Position numbers and translations under genes: made by a program
NCBI RefSeq assembly: GCF_964204645.1
Contig: NC_134036.1
Coordinates: forward strand, 11,015,859-11,079,858
Length of the DNA stretch: 64,000 nt
Direction: 5' to 3'
DNA from: Tubulanus polymorphus
Taxonomy: Eukaryota; Animalia; Nemertea
Shown here: one piece after another, positions 1 through 12,861 of the stretch
Numbering within the stretch: position 1 is the first letter of the stretch
Layout: the number at the start of each line of letters is the position of its first letter
Notes under the pieces: generated by a model
Told to the model about the DNA's origin: nothing
Databases searched by the model: none
What the model saw: the letters and a program-made list of their open reading frames with translations, nothing else

Positions 1-87
1 ATGGTCCATCTTTTTTTATAGATTTGGTACTTCTTAAAATCGGGACCAGGATAAGTTTGGAATTAAAATTACTTTTTATACGTGTTT

Positions 88-148
88 TTTTATTCACTCG
101 ACCTTTCGACTTCTGGTATAGAACAACACATTTACAACGACTGTTATT
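88..148 (+). repeat. Remnant of the element-A terminal hairpin (right arm)
   Basis: TCACTCGACCTTTCGAC..TAGAACAACA..ACTGTTAT aligns with 34393-34446. Confidence 0.6.
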
Positions 149-3100
149 GTTGTCTTTATTATTGTCATTGTTAGTATTATTATTGTTATTATTTTTATTA
201 TTAGGGTTTCTGCTGCTTTCGCAGAAACCCTCTTGTATTTCTGTTGATTATTATCATTATTATTATAAATGGTCCACTTTCCAGCCAAAATTTTTTCTTA
301 AAATGTAACTCCTCCCAGATTCGACTACCAACAGCTTATAAACGTAATTTTAAATTCTGTCAGAAATATAACTCAGCGCCTGACGATTTCGAATTTGCGA
401 TTAGTAATCTATTATGAATTAATCCCGCATAATTACCGGGTCTAAACAGCGACAAGAATAACGCAACGAATCGTCATCTATTGTTAACAGTGCACCCCCG
501 CAAGCCTAAAATTTACTGCACGACCTTCAAAGTCAACCGTAAATCACGGAATCGGACTTACAATCAGTCCGGATCCGTCATTTCCCACGAACGATAACTA
601 CAGCCGGTGCGTAATAAGTGTCTTATGAATGAAACATGGCGGATGGTTGAAATCATTTTCGGCTTAAATTTATCGCGAGTTTTAGGACCTTAATGAATTT
701 CACGAAACCATGATCCTTATAGTGAGTCAATTGGTTAATTCTATTCGTAAATCAATTTACGTTGGCTACATTTCCTGGAGATTTCTGGCTCGATTCAACG
801 TAATATGGACAGAAATTGTAGAAATTTTCATACGGAATTTTACTTCCGCGTTCACTCGACGACTCAGATCGACGACAACGACAGTAGTTTTTACGTAATT
901 TAAGGTGAGAATCCGTTAACCAGGGAATGTTTAACATGATTTCTTTATAATATTAGTACGTATGGTAGCAAATGAGTACTCGGTGAAGCAATGATCATTG
1001 TTGGCTCGCTACATTACCTAGCTTTTTTGGTGGTTACACCTAGAATAGGCCCTAAATGTAGTGAATAGAGACAGTGGAAAGCCTATGTTGATAGTAAGGG
1101 GCTGGTTTACACTCATGTGTACGACTATTAATTTCGATTACTTTCTTTCCAGCTATAAATCATGGAATGAACTGGTCACTACGGTCTTCAATTCCTTTTC
1201 CGATTCTTGCAGCTGGTAGAAATAAATTTAAACCACAGTGTACAAGGGTACGTTCCAAATCAAACTTTTTCGTCATCGTCGTAACTTAAGCGCAACTGTC
1301 TCAGATGCTGTAAGTACTTGACGTTTTATGTAATTGTTATTTTTTTCAGTTGCAATGTTTACAATATTTGAATAAGTTATCGGTTATTATACTTTCCTTC
1401 ACTCCTCTATGATATTATATAACCGAGTAATTATTACATTTGATTGTTTAATCGTAGGTGGAAAGAGGTCACTTGTCATGAAAGTCGACTGTGGCTGACT
1501 AATTGGTGCGAGTAGACCAGGCGTTGATGTTTCAAAAGGTTTAGCCAAAATGCTTGTATCATCCGGGGGGAAGACATATATCCGAAGATAAATGAAAACT
1601 TCACCTCGTTGATCGCCAGTTGTTTTTGCTGCAATCGGGGTTGTAGACATTGTCGACGAGTAGAATCGGTCGACAATCGGGAACCGATTTACTCCTTTTC
1701 TATAAATGTGTCCTTGAGTGGGGAACTATTCCACGCTATACTGGACTTTAACCAATATTCATTCGCTATTGGACTACGATCGTTGATGAAACTTCAGCGA
1801 TTTCAGCGAAATCATCAGGTAGCAAATAAACGTTAAATGAATGTTTAATACAACATTGTAACGATTGAATAAAACGTTACCAGAATGTTTGTATAACATC
1901 CATTTGTTAAGTTTTTTAGCTGTTAAATCAACGTTTCACCATCAAATCAAGCTAATGGATAGGCGATGCCGTCATAGAAACGTTTCCGAGCGTCTGCGTT
2001 TACGCAAGTGTATGCCGAGTAAACTATCGCTCATGAATGAAAACAAAAACAACTTTAGCAAAAATTGTTGTTTCTTTCTGAATGCAAATTCCCCGTTGAA
2101 CAAATAGATGCGCAATAAAGGTAGATAAACCGGTTATTCACGATATAACGGACCAAAACGTCGCTAGGAGAGAGCATGCGTGATTGACAGCACTTCCTCT
2201 CGATTAGGTGATGAATGTACAAGGTATATTTCTAAAAGGAAATATGCGACAGGTGGTTTTGCAAAGTCATTAAAAATCAAGATCCTATTGTATCTGAGGA
2301 TACAATTATTCCGATTTTGGAGAGAGAGAAGTCATAAAGAATGAATAAATTAATGAAGATTACAAAATCGGAAGTAACAAACGAACAGTTTTAAAGCGGA
2401 AGCACCCGTCGCGATAAAATGAAGATTTAGATATTACAAAATCATTATGAAAAACGAAATGAAAATAAACAAATGCTACCGTTGATAGTATTCACGTACA
2501 AATTGTAGAATGAGAATAGAAAATTTAATTGAATACAAGTCACGAGAAGAGCAAAGAAATTTAGACAATCAATTCGGCGGCTTGAAATAAAGAAACTGCT
2601 TAATATGAATAAACTCGAATGCAAGATCTTTGCTTTCGAATAATTTGTTAATTACAAGGGTAGACCTACGGTTCATATAAATTAATATATTTTTGAATTT
2701 TGAAATCAGGGGATCTAAAAATAGTATTCATCATTACGGGACGTCGATTCAGAAATTAATTTTTCAGGGAAGAGCCGATCAGCCTTCCAGAAAGGGAATG
2801 CGCATCATCAATGAGTGTCGCAAAAAAATTATCTCATTGCTAATTAAAGTTGAAAAATAACAGGTACGTTGTTTTCTGAATACTAAAAGATTCTTAATTT
2901 TATTTGTGTTCTGTCTACTTAATTGCGGAAATCCGATGTATTTGCAGTACTGGGAACAATAAAGTATTGAATAAAGTAACAATTAAGTATATTTGATGAG
3001 TATCAATAAAGTATATTTGAACTTCAATTTGAGCCCACTAGGTGGTGGTATTGGAAGACACCAGGTGGTTCGATCAACTTAATATGCTCCAGCGCCGTGG

Positions 3101-3870
3101 CGCTGTCGCTAAAATGAATTTCAAATCGTTACCACCATTTCATTGCACATCTCATACACGGCCATTATGAAAGTCTATATATCGGGAAAAACGACCGAGC
3201 AATACATTCTGAAACCTAGATATTAATAAACGCAACTAAGTGACGTAGGTACAGCGACTGAGCTCGGGTAACCGCTCGCAGTGGGCAGACGTCTGGATTG
3301 GCTCGATCCAGGTCGAGGTCGAAGTTGTTAATCAGCAGACGAGACCTGGTTACGTAAACATGTTTGGACTGCGGAATAGCGTATATCCCCGCGCCACCTG
3401 GTGTATATAAGTAACGACAACCGAATCAGACAATTCTGAATAGGTAACAACCCTCTGGGGAGGTCGTAAGAGGTTGCCTGTCGGTTTTTTTAGGGGATAA
3501 TCGATACCGGAGGATGATTTATGGTGTTTAAGTGATAATAGAGACACAAAAAAACATTAACAAGTTGAACCGGTAACAAGAGTTGAATCGGTAACGAGAA
3601 AATCTGAATAAGGAACAAGTGATGGTCCCTCGTTCCTTATTTGGAGATGAATTCTCAATAAGTAACGGAATAAGGAACAAGTAACGAACTTCACTGGGCT
3701 GCATTTTTATTGAATCTTATTATACCGGTAACACGGGATTTGACGACTGAGACACAAATATGAATTCGAGCTTTAACCGAATCAGTCAGTCGGTTGTGGT
3801 TCAGTTTCATAAACGGATATTTCCCAAACAACCACAAATATATCCATTTACATACCCTTATCGCCGACGA

Positions 3871-4785
3871 TTATTTGCACATTCCGGCTTTACAATTGTT
3901 CTGGCAACAGTCAGAACTATGGAGACAATAGTCGTTTTCATTCTTGCAATTCGGATCTCCTGAAAATGGCATTTTGAAGAGAAACATTTTTTAACTTGAA
4001 ATTATGAGAAAAAAAACCCGTTGATGATTGAAACCCCCAACGGATGTAGGACCGGTGATGATCCGGACGACGACGACAATGATGATGATGATAGATGTAC
4101 CTCGTCATTGTCGATCAACAAAAGAACAGGAGTTATATGTATTTAGAACCGAATTTTAACGTCGGATAAATTGATGAATTTTGTCAGAATATACGTAAAT
4201 ATTCGGTATAAAATTTAATTCTTCAAATCAATACGTTCAATCGATAACCAAATATTGCAATAAACTCTGCCTAAACCGATACCGATATCCGGTAATCCAT
4301 TTGATAAGGTAAAATGAAAATAAGATTTGCGTTTGCTACTGATTTTCAATAGCAAAATATGGCGATAGAAACTGTTGCGGAATTCAAATCAGGACAATTT
4401 GGTTGTTGGCCGCTTAATTCGGTCGAAAAATGAAACTGTACGCGTGGAGGCATTGTCTAAGGCTAAACAAAAAAATATGTTTTTGTAAAATATGATACAA
4501 TTTGTAAACAGTTCATTTCTATAGCGGGTCTGTTATGGTAAAATTGATCACAATTTTCAAAAAGTAATGTATAGGGTAGATAGGGGGCCGACCGGGCCAA
4601 CTTTTTAGCTCAGCAGAGCGGAGAAACAGGTTATAAATTTTTTATAGTCTAATGTATATGTTTACTAATAATTGCGACTTAAAATTGTTATCGTCAATAC
4701 AGTTCTAGGAAATTATGCATTATTTAGCCAGTTACTTACGTGCATCCACAAATGCCATGGCGCTGACCAAAATCACAAGAGTCAT
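3871..4785 (-). CDS. Spliced secreted inhibitor-cystine-knot (knottin/conotoxin-like) peptide precursor; coding exons 4785-4740 and 3959-3871
   Basis: Donor C|GTAAGT at 4740/4739 and acceptor TTTTCAG| at 3960/3959, both phase 1. Joined product MTLVILVSAMAFVDA-RDPNCKNENDYCLHSSDCCQNNCKAGMCK* has a hydrophobic signal and a C-x6-C-x5-CC-x3-C-x4-C framework. Confidence 0.75.
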
Positions 4786-5508
4786 TAGATAATACGCGAG
4801 TCATTGGATAAGCAAGCATTTTAGCACCTAGAATTTGAATTAGATTTGTTGGTTAGCAATGACATCTGGAAATTCCCAAAATCTGATTATTTAACAGTTA
4901 TCAACAGGCTCTCAGCGAATATTTTTTTTCAGATAATGGTACCAGGATTAAACTAATGCTGCATCAGAAAAAAATGTATTTGATATCACAAATCAGTGTT
5001 AACGGGTTTTCTGCATTTCTAAAGCGTTACTAGTTTCGTCAAAATTAGTCTCATCAGTTCGTAACAGCACAGTTATGGTTAATTCAAAGTTCATTTTTTG
5101 GCAAATTTAGACTAATATGAAATCGACGAAATGGCATAATATATTATATTGGAGCCCGAAACTTAAGGGGCAGACAGTGAAATAAAAGTTAAACAACGCG
5201 CTGATATTCGTAAACGTTCTTTACATAAAAACAACGTAAATCATAGTCACAAAATTCAAACGAAAAGTAAAATAGATATAACAAAGAAACGATAGATTAT
5301 CAAATAAGGGATAGGATTGACTAGAAGGGTAACACTGTTACTACTTATACCCCGCCCTTGTTTTCACCATAACCCAAACACCACCCGAGCGAAATTTACA
5401 AAACAATGACAATTAATCTATTTTACTTATACATTTTGTATAATGATATTTCTTATAATAACGTTTGATAATGAAAAATATAGATTTGTATATTACATCA
5501 CTGCGCTT

Positions 5509-5605
5509 ACCTTGGTCGCTAGTTTTAACGTATTCGGCTCTCGAAAAAAAAATCTCGAGTCAGAACCTGTCGATGAATGAATAATAAATATTGCGTGCGT
5601 TTATA
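5509..5605 (-). promoter_or_regulatory. TATA box + initiator and non-coding first exon of the knottin gene
   Basis: TATAAA at 5605-5600, TCATTC at 5580-5575 (~27 nt downstream), donor AAG|GTAAGC at 5511/5510, matching acceptor TTCTAG| at 4828/4827. Confidence 0.55.
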
Positions 5606-7685
5606 CAATTCAACTGAAATTATACCAATGATTGCCCAGCTTGATATTGATCGAAATTTGCGTCGATGTAGAATCGATATGCACACGGCCCTTTAAAATC
5701 GATCTGCGCGCATCACAGAGTTTTAAGTGTATATAACGTTTCGATCTCACGGAAATTTATCATATTTGATTAGCTGTCGTTTTCCAGACTTTCAAATATT
5801 AATTTGTCATATGCTAATCAAATATGATATATTCCTGTGAGATCGAATAAAATATTTTCGCTGATGTACCATGTGTGTGTATAGAACGTATTATTCTGAC
5901 CGGCCTTACATCTGCGATTGTAAGTGACCATGGAATCCGATGGTTGTGTGGATTGTAAATTTCCAGCGCGTGTTTTGTCGACCACTGGGTTTGGTCCCGA
6001 CTGCCGAATTAATGCCGTAGATCACAGTTACTCGCTGTATAAACGACATGCACAGTTGTCACGCCCTGTTTTTACCGTCAATCGGGTCATCGTCAGTGCT
6101 TTTAAATCTGCCAAAAATTTGTGGACTGTCAAATCTTTTATTTTTTTATTTGGCTTACTAATTTGCAAATAATCAAAGCCACCATCCCAACTCTGTGTAA
6201 ATACCGTACTAGGACGTATCTTTACAATAAGTAGAGACGTAGCGTGGTTTCCGCAAACTACAACGGTTTTATAGTTAAAGGACGTGCCGTCATATGATAC
6301 AACGTGTTGACTGTGCTTTCATTGACAAACACGAATGCTTTTGGCCGATTGATTATTTTCATTTAAACGATTATCATGTTTTACTGACCGCCTAAAATTG
6401 GTGTGAATTGAGGTACTTATCTATATAAGATGATTCTCGCATTTTGAAAAGGATATTTAGATATTATTGTCGCCATGCATATTTATAGTTTTTGCAGAAA
6501 CTGTGTTGTTAATCCAAAGAGAGTTTTCTTTTCTTAAACTCGAGAATCTTCAATTTCAAAGTCAATTCGACACCGATCTCCTTGAGCAATGAACCAACAT
6601 AAAACTGAAACATATCCAAGCGACGGATGAGGTCAATTAGGTGAAGTTTAACCTATAGTTAGATAGTTATACGTTATAATGAGAATTATTATTTCTAAAT
6701 TCGTAGTCGTGAAATCAATGGAAATACTAATGGGACTGTGGTTTCTATAAATAAATGAAGGCGAAGAAAACTGAAAACTGCTCCTGAACCAGGTTCCACT
6801 TAATATATGAGCAATTACTCATTGGTTCAAAGAATATCCAAGTGGAAAAAAATTCATTTACCCTATATGATGGAGTATTCTTATATATCGGTCTACATAT
6901 CATAGTCTATTAATTAAGGGGTTTTGCAGATAAGGTTCGTACAATTACTTAACGCTCTATTCAGGTCTTTTTCGACCATGAACCAAATCATTTGACTCTG
7001 GCTCCAGTTCCAGTGTTATGTGTGTTTTATTTTACTCTGAATCCAGTATACAATTTTGGTAATTTTTGTCTCTTAGTGTAATGGTAAAGATGAAAACTGG
7101 ATTCGGAATCCATTAATTTGATATGGCTGAATACGTTTATTAGTTAACTATATAATTTTGGGTCCGGAATCTTTAGTAAAATATAAAACAGACGCAATTG
7201 GTTCATATTTTACCCGTTTACACTCGGGATTCAAGTGCTGAAATTAACGCCCGACAAGTTGAGAGAATTGAATAGAAAAGTAAATAGTGTATGAATATCT
7301 GAAGTGTAAATACATCAGCGAATTTTCTATATAAACGTTTTTATATCGAATGCAGCAACCGAACGTTTAACACGAAGGCAAAACCGTTAGTAGATAACAT
7401 ACGTATAGTGATAGCAAATGTGCGCGATATTTTTCATTAACGTGTCACATTTAGTAGAACATGTACATTCTAAGTGTTTCGAGGTTTTAACCGATATAGA
7501 TTAGAAGTTATGTTGCATACATTTCATACCAAATTGTTCTTATATTTGAGATGAGGAACTAATTTCATTGAATGATTCAGGTGTTTTAAAAAAGACGCGA
7601 AGGGGCTTCTGAACTAATTTCAAACGACTAATCAAACGAATCACGCGTTCTTAACATATAAATGAATCAATTATGATAAATTATA

Positions 7686-10216
7686 ATGACAGAAGAAGAT
7701 AAAGAAGCATTTGAGTTTGCAGATAAATGTTATTATTGTGAAAAGATATTTAATTTTAGAGATAAAAAAGTAAGAGACCATGATCATTTGAATGGAAAGT
7801 TTAGAGGTGCTGCACATGAGAATTGTAACTTACAAGCTAAGAAAATTAACTTTGTACCAGTTATATTTCATAATCTATCAGGATATGATGCACATTTATT
7901 CATCAAACAGTTATGTCATAAAATAGAAGAAATCAATAATAAAATAGACAGATTAAATTCAAATAGATCAAAAGATAAAATACCAACTTATAAATTTAAA
8001 ATGTTAGCTAGAACATCTGAGAATTATATATCATTCCAATTTGGTTGCCTAAGATTTATAGATTCATATAGATTTTTAAATAGTTCATTAGATAACTTAT
8101 CAAAATCATTAGTTGATGATGAATTAAAAATATTAAAACAACACTACCCAAATAATGATGATTTTAAATTAATGAGATATAAAGGCGCAATTCCATATTC
8201 TTTCTATAAAAATCATAATGATTTTAACATAACTGAATTATTGAAAGAACAATTCTATGATGAATTAAAAAATGAATATGTTAAAGATGAAGTCTATAAT
8301 AGAACATTGAATATTTGGAATCATTTCAAAATAGAAAATCATGGACAATTAGTAGATTTATATTTAAAATCAAATGGATCATTATTATCGGATATATTCG
8401 AAAGATTTAGAGATGTAAACCTAAAATATTTTAATATTCATCCATTGTTATTCCAGCCCAGGTTTAACATGGGATTGTGGTTTAAAATTTACAGATATAA
8501 AAATGGATTTGTTAACAAATATAGATCAATTATTATTATTTGAAAAATCTATAAGAGGAGGTGTTTCAGGTGTATTAGGGGATATAGATATTTCAATGTA
8601 AATGATAACCCTGGATATAAGTTATTATATATAGATGCAAATAATCTATATGGTTGGGCAATGATGGAACCACAACCTTATGGAGTATTTGAAATAAGTG
8701 AAGTTTCACAACATGAAAATAATGATAAATTTGATTGGAAGAAAATAATTCTAGATATTGCAGATGATTCAGATACTGGTTACTTCTTTATTGTAGATTT
8801 AGAATATCCTGAACATATTAAATTTAAATCTAGAAATCTAGCATACTGTCCAGAACATAAAACTGTTACTCATGAAGAATTATCAAATTTAAAAAAAGAA
8901 TTAAACCCGAAAATCATATTCATACAGAAAAGTTAATGGTAACTCAAGAAGATAAATATAATTATGTAGTACATTATAGAATGTTAATGTTTTATCTAAA
9001 ACAAGGAATGATCCTAAAAAAGTACATAGTTATATTTCATTCAGTCAATCTAAGTGGTTAGAAAAATATATAGATTTTAACACCAAACAAGGACATGAAG
9101 CTAAAACTGATTTCGAGAAAGATTTCTTCAAGTTAATGAATAATGCATTCTATGGTAAGACTTGTGAAAATATTAGAAATAGAAATGATATTGAGTTAGT
9201 TAGTAATGGTAAAAGGATAAGGCATTTACAATCATATCCTAAGTTTTTAGGTAACAGAATATTTGATGAAAATTTAGCCGCAGTTAAAATGAGAAGAACT
9301 TCTATGAAATTTAATAAACCAATCTATGTTGGCGGTTTAGTTTTAGAATTATCAAAATTACTAATGTATGAATTTTATTATAACATATTACAACCTCATT
9401 TTGGAGAAAAACATATAGACATCCTATATCTAGATACTGATGCGTACATATTAAAGATAAAAACTAATAACATAACTGATGATTTAAAAACATTAAAACA
9501 TCATTTTGATTTCAGTAACTATCCTAAAGATCATGAATTGTTTAGCAATGATTATAAAAAAGTTCCCGGTAAATTCAAAGATGAATTAGGTGGTGAAGAA
9601 ATGATAGAGTTCATAGGTATTAGATCTAAAATGTATTCGTAAAGAAAGATATCAAACAGATTTTAATTCTAAAATGAAACAATGTCTAGGTAATAGATTA
9701 TCACAATTATTCAGTAAAGAAGCGCATTCAGTTACACTATCTAATTTATTGGGTTGTTCAGATGAATTTCTCAAATCATGGATTGTATATCAATTCAACG
9801 ATAAAATGAATGAAAAAAACTATGGTGAATACTTTCATATTGATCATGTGTTACCGATATCTAAATTTAACATGAATGATGAACACAATCAGAAATTAAT
9901 TTGGAATTGGAAGAATCTAAGACCTCTTGAAAAGAAAGAAAATCAAATCAAATCTAATAAACTAGATTTTCAGTTATATTTGGATCAATTAGATAAAGCA
10001 AAGAAATTCATTGAATTTTGGAACAATGAACCAAATAATGAACAATATGTTGAAGAAATTGAAAAGATTAGTCTAAACCCATTTGATGATAAAAGATATA
10101 TTCTGGATGATGGAATTCATACAGTTGCTTGTGGATGTAATTTAGATGAATACTTAAAATTTAAAACAGAAAAAACAAAAGAGAACGAGATAATGAAAAG
10201 AATTCTATCGTGTTAA
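7686..10216 (+). pseudogene. polB: Protein-primed family B DNA polymerase of element A (fragmented)
   Basis: Endonuclease VII-like VRDHDHLNGKFRGAAHENCN, exo VIFHNLSGYDAH and FIDSYRF, IRGGVS, YIDANNLYGWAM, KLMNNAFYGK, YLDTD, GKFKDE, RSKMYS, C-terminal LNPFDDKRY..DGIHT. Confidence 0.95.
9641..10054 (+). other. HNH endonuclease segment embedded in polB
   Basis: KERYQTDFNSKMKQCLGNRL..LLGCS..FHIDHVLP..NLRPL..NQIKSNK; close paralog of 21149-21595. Confidence 0.85.
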
Positions 10217-10245
10217 TCAAATTTTAATAAAAATATGTATTATAA

Positions 10246-10595
10246 ATGGAGAGTAAACAAACACACAGTGAGAGCAACAAATTATTTCTAGATAGAATAA
10301 AAGATACTACAAATGTAAAATCTGTAGATTATAAATTCAAAAAGTTAACAGAATTAATAATCCATAAGAAATATCTAATTACAAATATTGATACAGTTAC
10401 TAACAAATATGGAGATAAATTAGTTATACACTTAGAATATGAAGGATTAAAAGGAAATACATATACATTCAGAACATATTTACCAGATTTTATAGATTAT
10501 CAAGTGAAGATTTAGAAGAATTATGTTCTGGTGATTTCTATTTCGTATACAAAGGTAAGAATGAAAAGGGGCACCATGAAATAGATTTCGAATAA
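10246..10595 (+). pseudogene. Small conserved Polinton protein, possibly OB-fold ssDNA-binding protein (one frameshift)
   Basis: FKKLTEL..Y.I....TNKYGDKLV..L....YLP pattern; continues in another frame to HEIDFE*; second copy at 33998-34235. Confidence 0.5.
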
Positions 10596-10609
10596 AATAT
10601 GTAAAATAA

Positions 10610-11368
10610 ATGGTAGAATTGAAATAATACAGAATATTTGTTGATTCTAGAAGACTTACAAATTATAAATCACATAATTTACTAGTACAATTAGATAGAG
10701 AATTCAAGAATTGTGTAGATTTAAAATTAGTAAATATAAGTTTATGTAATTCTTTTTACAATGTATCGGATAAAACTATTGAACATAGAGTCTTTTTAAT
10801 TCATGATAGAAATAAATGTAAATGGTTTCATCTTTATCTTAAACCAGGATTATATAATTTAGATACATTAGCGCAGGAAATTAATAGAAGAGCTCGGTTG
10901 AAAATGGGTGCATCTGCTGGATTTGGATTAAGACTGATTAAAAGTGATAGCTCCGATAAAATAAGAATAAAATTAGGTAATGAAGATCAACATCAATTTC
11001 TAGTTAAAAAACCTTTAGCTAAAATTTTAGGAATAACCCCAGATGTACGGATACGCAATGCTGATTCTACACCAAACTTAATACCTTTTACACACTTTTA
11101 TATTTATTGCAATTTAATTGATCCTACAAAAACATTCGAAGCAACTAAAGATATAACTTGTAATTCTGGTTTACTAAACATTTTACCATTGAAGAATGTT
11201 AAAGAATTTGGAACGCAAATAAATTATAATTTAACAGAATGTGATTTCAAACCATGCATTCCTCGTTTTAATAATTTTAGATTAGAAATTAGAAATCATA
11301 ATGGATATTTAATTGATTTGAATAACTTTCCTGTAATTTATGAATTAGTTATAAGATGTAGAGAGTAA
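10610..11368 (+). pseudogene. Minor capsid protein (penton), one early in-frame stop
   Basis: IFVDSR N-terminus, SFYNV, KPGLYN, LAKILG, YIYCNLID, EIRNHNGYLIDLNN; ATG 10610 is in frame with ORF 10898-11368. Confidence 0.8.
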
Positions 11369-11386
11369 TTTTTTTTCACTATATAA

Positions 11387-11728
11387 ATGAATATAACTGT
11401 TGGACCGAGTATATGTTTTAGGTTTGATTTTAAACATGGTAAAGAAATGAGAATTAAACTAAATGATGTAATTACTGATATAAAAAGTAAATCATTTAAC
11501 AATGCATCAATGATTAATAAAGAAAATTATAATATAGGAAAAGTATTTGATTTAATTAAATCACCTTTAGAATATTATGAATTAAATGAAGATCGAATTA
11601 TTGATAATATTAAAAACATATTAACCAAAATATATGATAATCATAAAAGTAGTAATGAAATAAATGTTGAAATAATCATAAATAAGATAACTAAATATTT
11701 TGATGATAGTAATTTCTTTGATAAATAA
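11387..11728 (+). CDS. Hypothetical protein of element A
   Basis: Intact ORF with TAAATG start, tightly packed between neighbours. Confidence 0.65.
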   Translation: MNITVGPSICFRFDFKHGKEMRIKLNDVITDIKSKSFNNASMINKENYNIGKVFDLIKSPLEYYELNEDRIIDNIKNILTKIYDNHKSSNEINVEIIINKITKYFDDSNFFDK

Positions 11729-11950
11729 ATGAGTGATAATAAGTGGATAATAACTGGATTATATCATGGAGCATTACTATCAGTTGGAACTGTTGGTTAT
11801 TCAATGGTTTTAAAAAAAGTATTTATAATGGGAAGTATTAATGTTGATAGATTTGATATAAATGATATCTTAAAATTAACATTAGCAGTTACTTTATCTA
11901 AGTTAACTATTGATTATTTGGAAAAACAAAAATATATTCCTCCCATATAA
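11729..11950 (+). CDS. Small hydrophobic protein of element A
   Basis: Intact ORF, TAAATG overlapping the upstream stop, two hydrophobic segments. Confidence 0.7.
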   Translation: MSDNKWIITGLYHGALLSVGTVGYSMVLKKVFIMGSINVDRFDINDILKLTLAVTLSKLTIDYLEKQKYIPPI

Positions 11951-11974
11951 ATGCGTAATTATTTTACTAAATAA

Positions 11975-12397
11975 ATGGCTTCTGCAGTTATAACTATTAT
12001 AGGAACGGCAATTGTTAACGCTTTAGCATTTACTGGAGGTGGATATTTATTTAAGCATATTGATAAAAATGGATCATTATCAGAACAAAAAAGACATAAC
12101 TTAGCATTAGAAAAATATAATAAAGCAGCAGAAGAATATAGAGAAAAGAGGCAAAACTATATGGATTATATTAACAAGGAATTATATGATCAGAAGATTT
12201 CACATAGAGATTTTCAATCAGTTGATGATGCAATGAGTTTATATAACGCGGTAACCAATAAAGAAAAATTACATCTACATAAACCTACAATATCAGATTA
12301 TTATACCCAAAGTAAAGAACAACAGAAATATGAAATAATATGGATTTTAGGTGGAACTGTTATTGTTATATTTGTAGCGTATAGATTTACTAATTAG
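11975..12397 (+). CDS. Membrane protein with N- and C-terminal hydrophobic helices
   Basis: MAS..IIG.A.VNALAFTG..YLF and E.KRH.LALEK motifs recognised from alpha-adintovirus-like elements. Confidence 0.75.
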   Translation: MASAVITIIGTAIVNALAFTGGGYLFKHIDKNGSLSEQKRHNLALEKYNKAAEEYREKRQNYMDYINKELYDQKISHRDFQSVDDAMSLYNAVTNKEKLHLHKPTISDYYTQSKEQQKYEIIWILGGTVIVIFVAYRFTN

Positions 12398-12418
12398 TAA
12401 TTTTTTTTTGCAAAATAA

Positions 12419-12845
12419 ATGGATGATAATATTGATATTATTCCTCATGATATAAAGAAAAATAAATTAAAAATATATTTAGAAAAAAAAAATATTAGAA
12501 TTTGAAAGTGACTTAAAGATAAAAAACAAAAAATATTTAAAAAGTAAAATTATATATTATTTGATTATAAGTGGTTCGGTTACAATTAGTTCTGTAATAA
12601 CATTTCTAGCAATATTCAGTCCATTAACACCTTTAGCTATATCAATTGGTGTATTAGGATTAAGTTCAAGTGTTTTAACCGGAATAAGTTCAAAATTAAA
12701 TATAAAAAGTAATAAAGAAAAAATCAAAACTAATGTAAAAGAAATTGATAAATTAAAGAATACACTAGATTATATAATAAGTTCAAATGGCCATATAACA
12801 GTTGAAGAACAAGATAAATTATTAAAAGAATTAGTTAATTATTAA
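12419..12845 (+). pseudogene. Two-TM protein, frameshifted in A-runs
   Basis: TAAATG start at 12419; hydrophobic ORF 12561-12845. Confidence 0.6.
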
Positions 12846-12861
12846 TTTTTTAATTATATAA

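Noticed and set aside
550-1700. Possible minus-strand host exons (about 560-597, 770-890, 1605-1699)
   Set aside because: Splice-like signals exist, but I could not build a consistent frame or recognise a domain
3240-3500. Possible tRNA-derived SINE
   Set aside because: A and B boxes are too degenerate and there is no second copy in the window
9641-10054. Intein or self-splicing intron in polB
   Set aside because: No Cys/Ser start or His-Asn end, the frame is broken at the left junction and polB sequence is missing rather than merely interrupted
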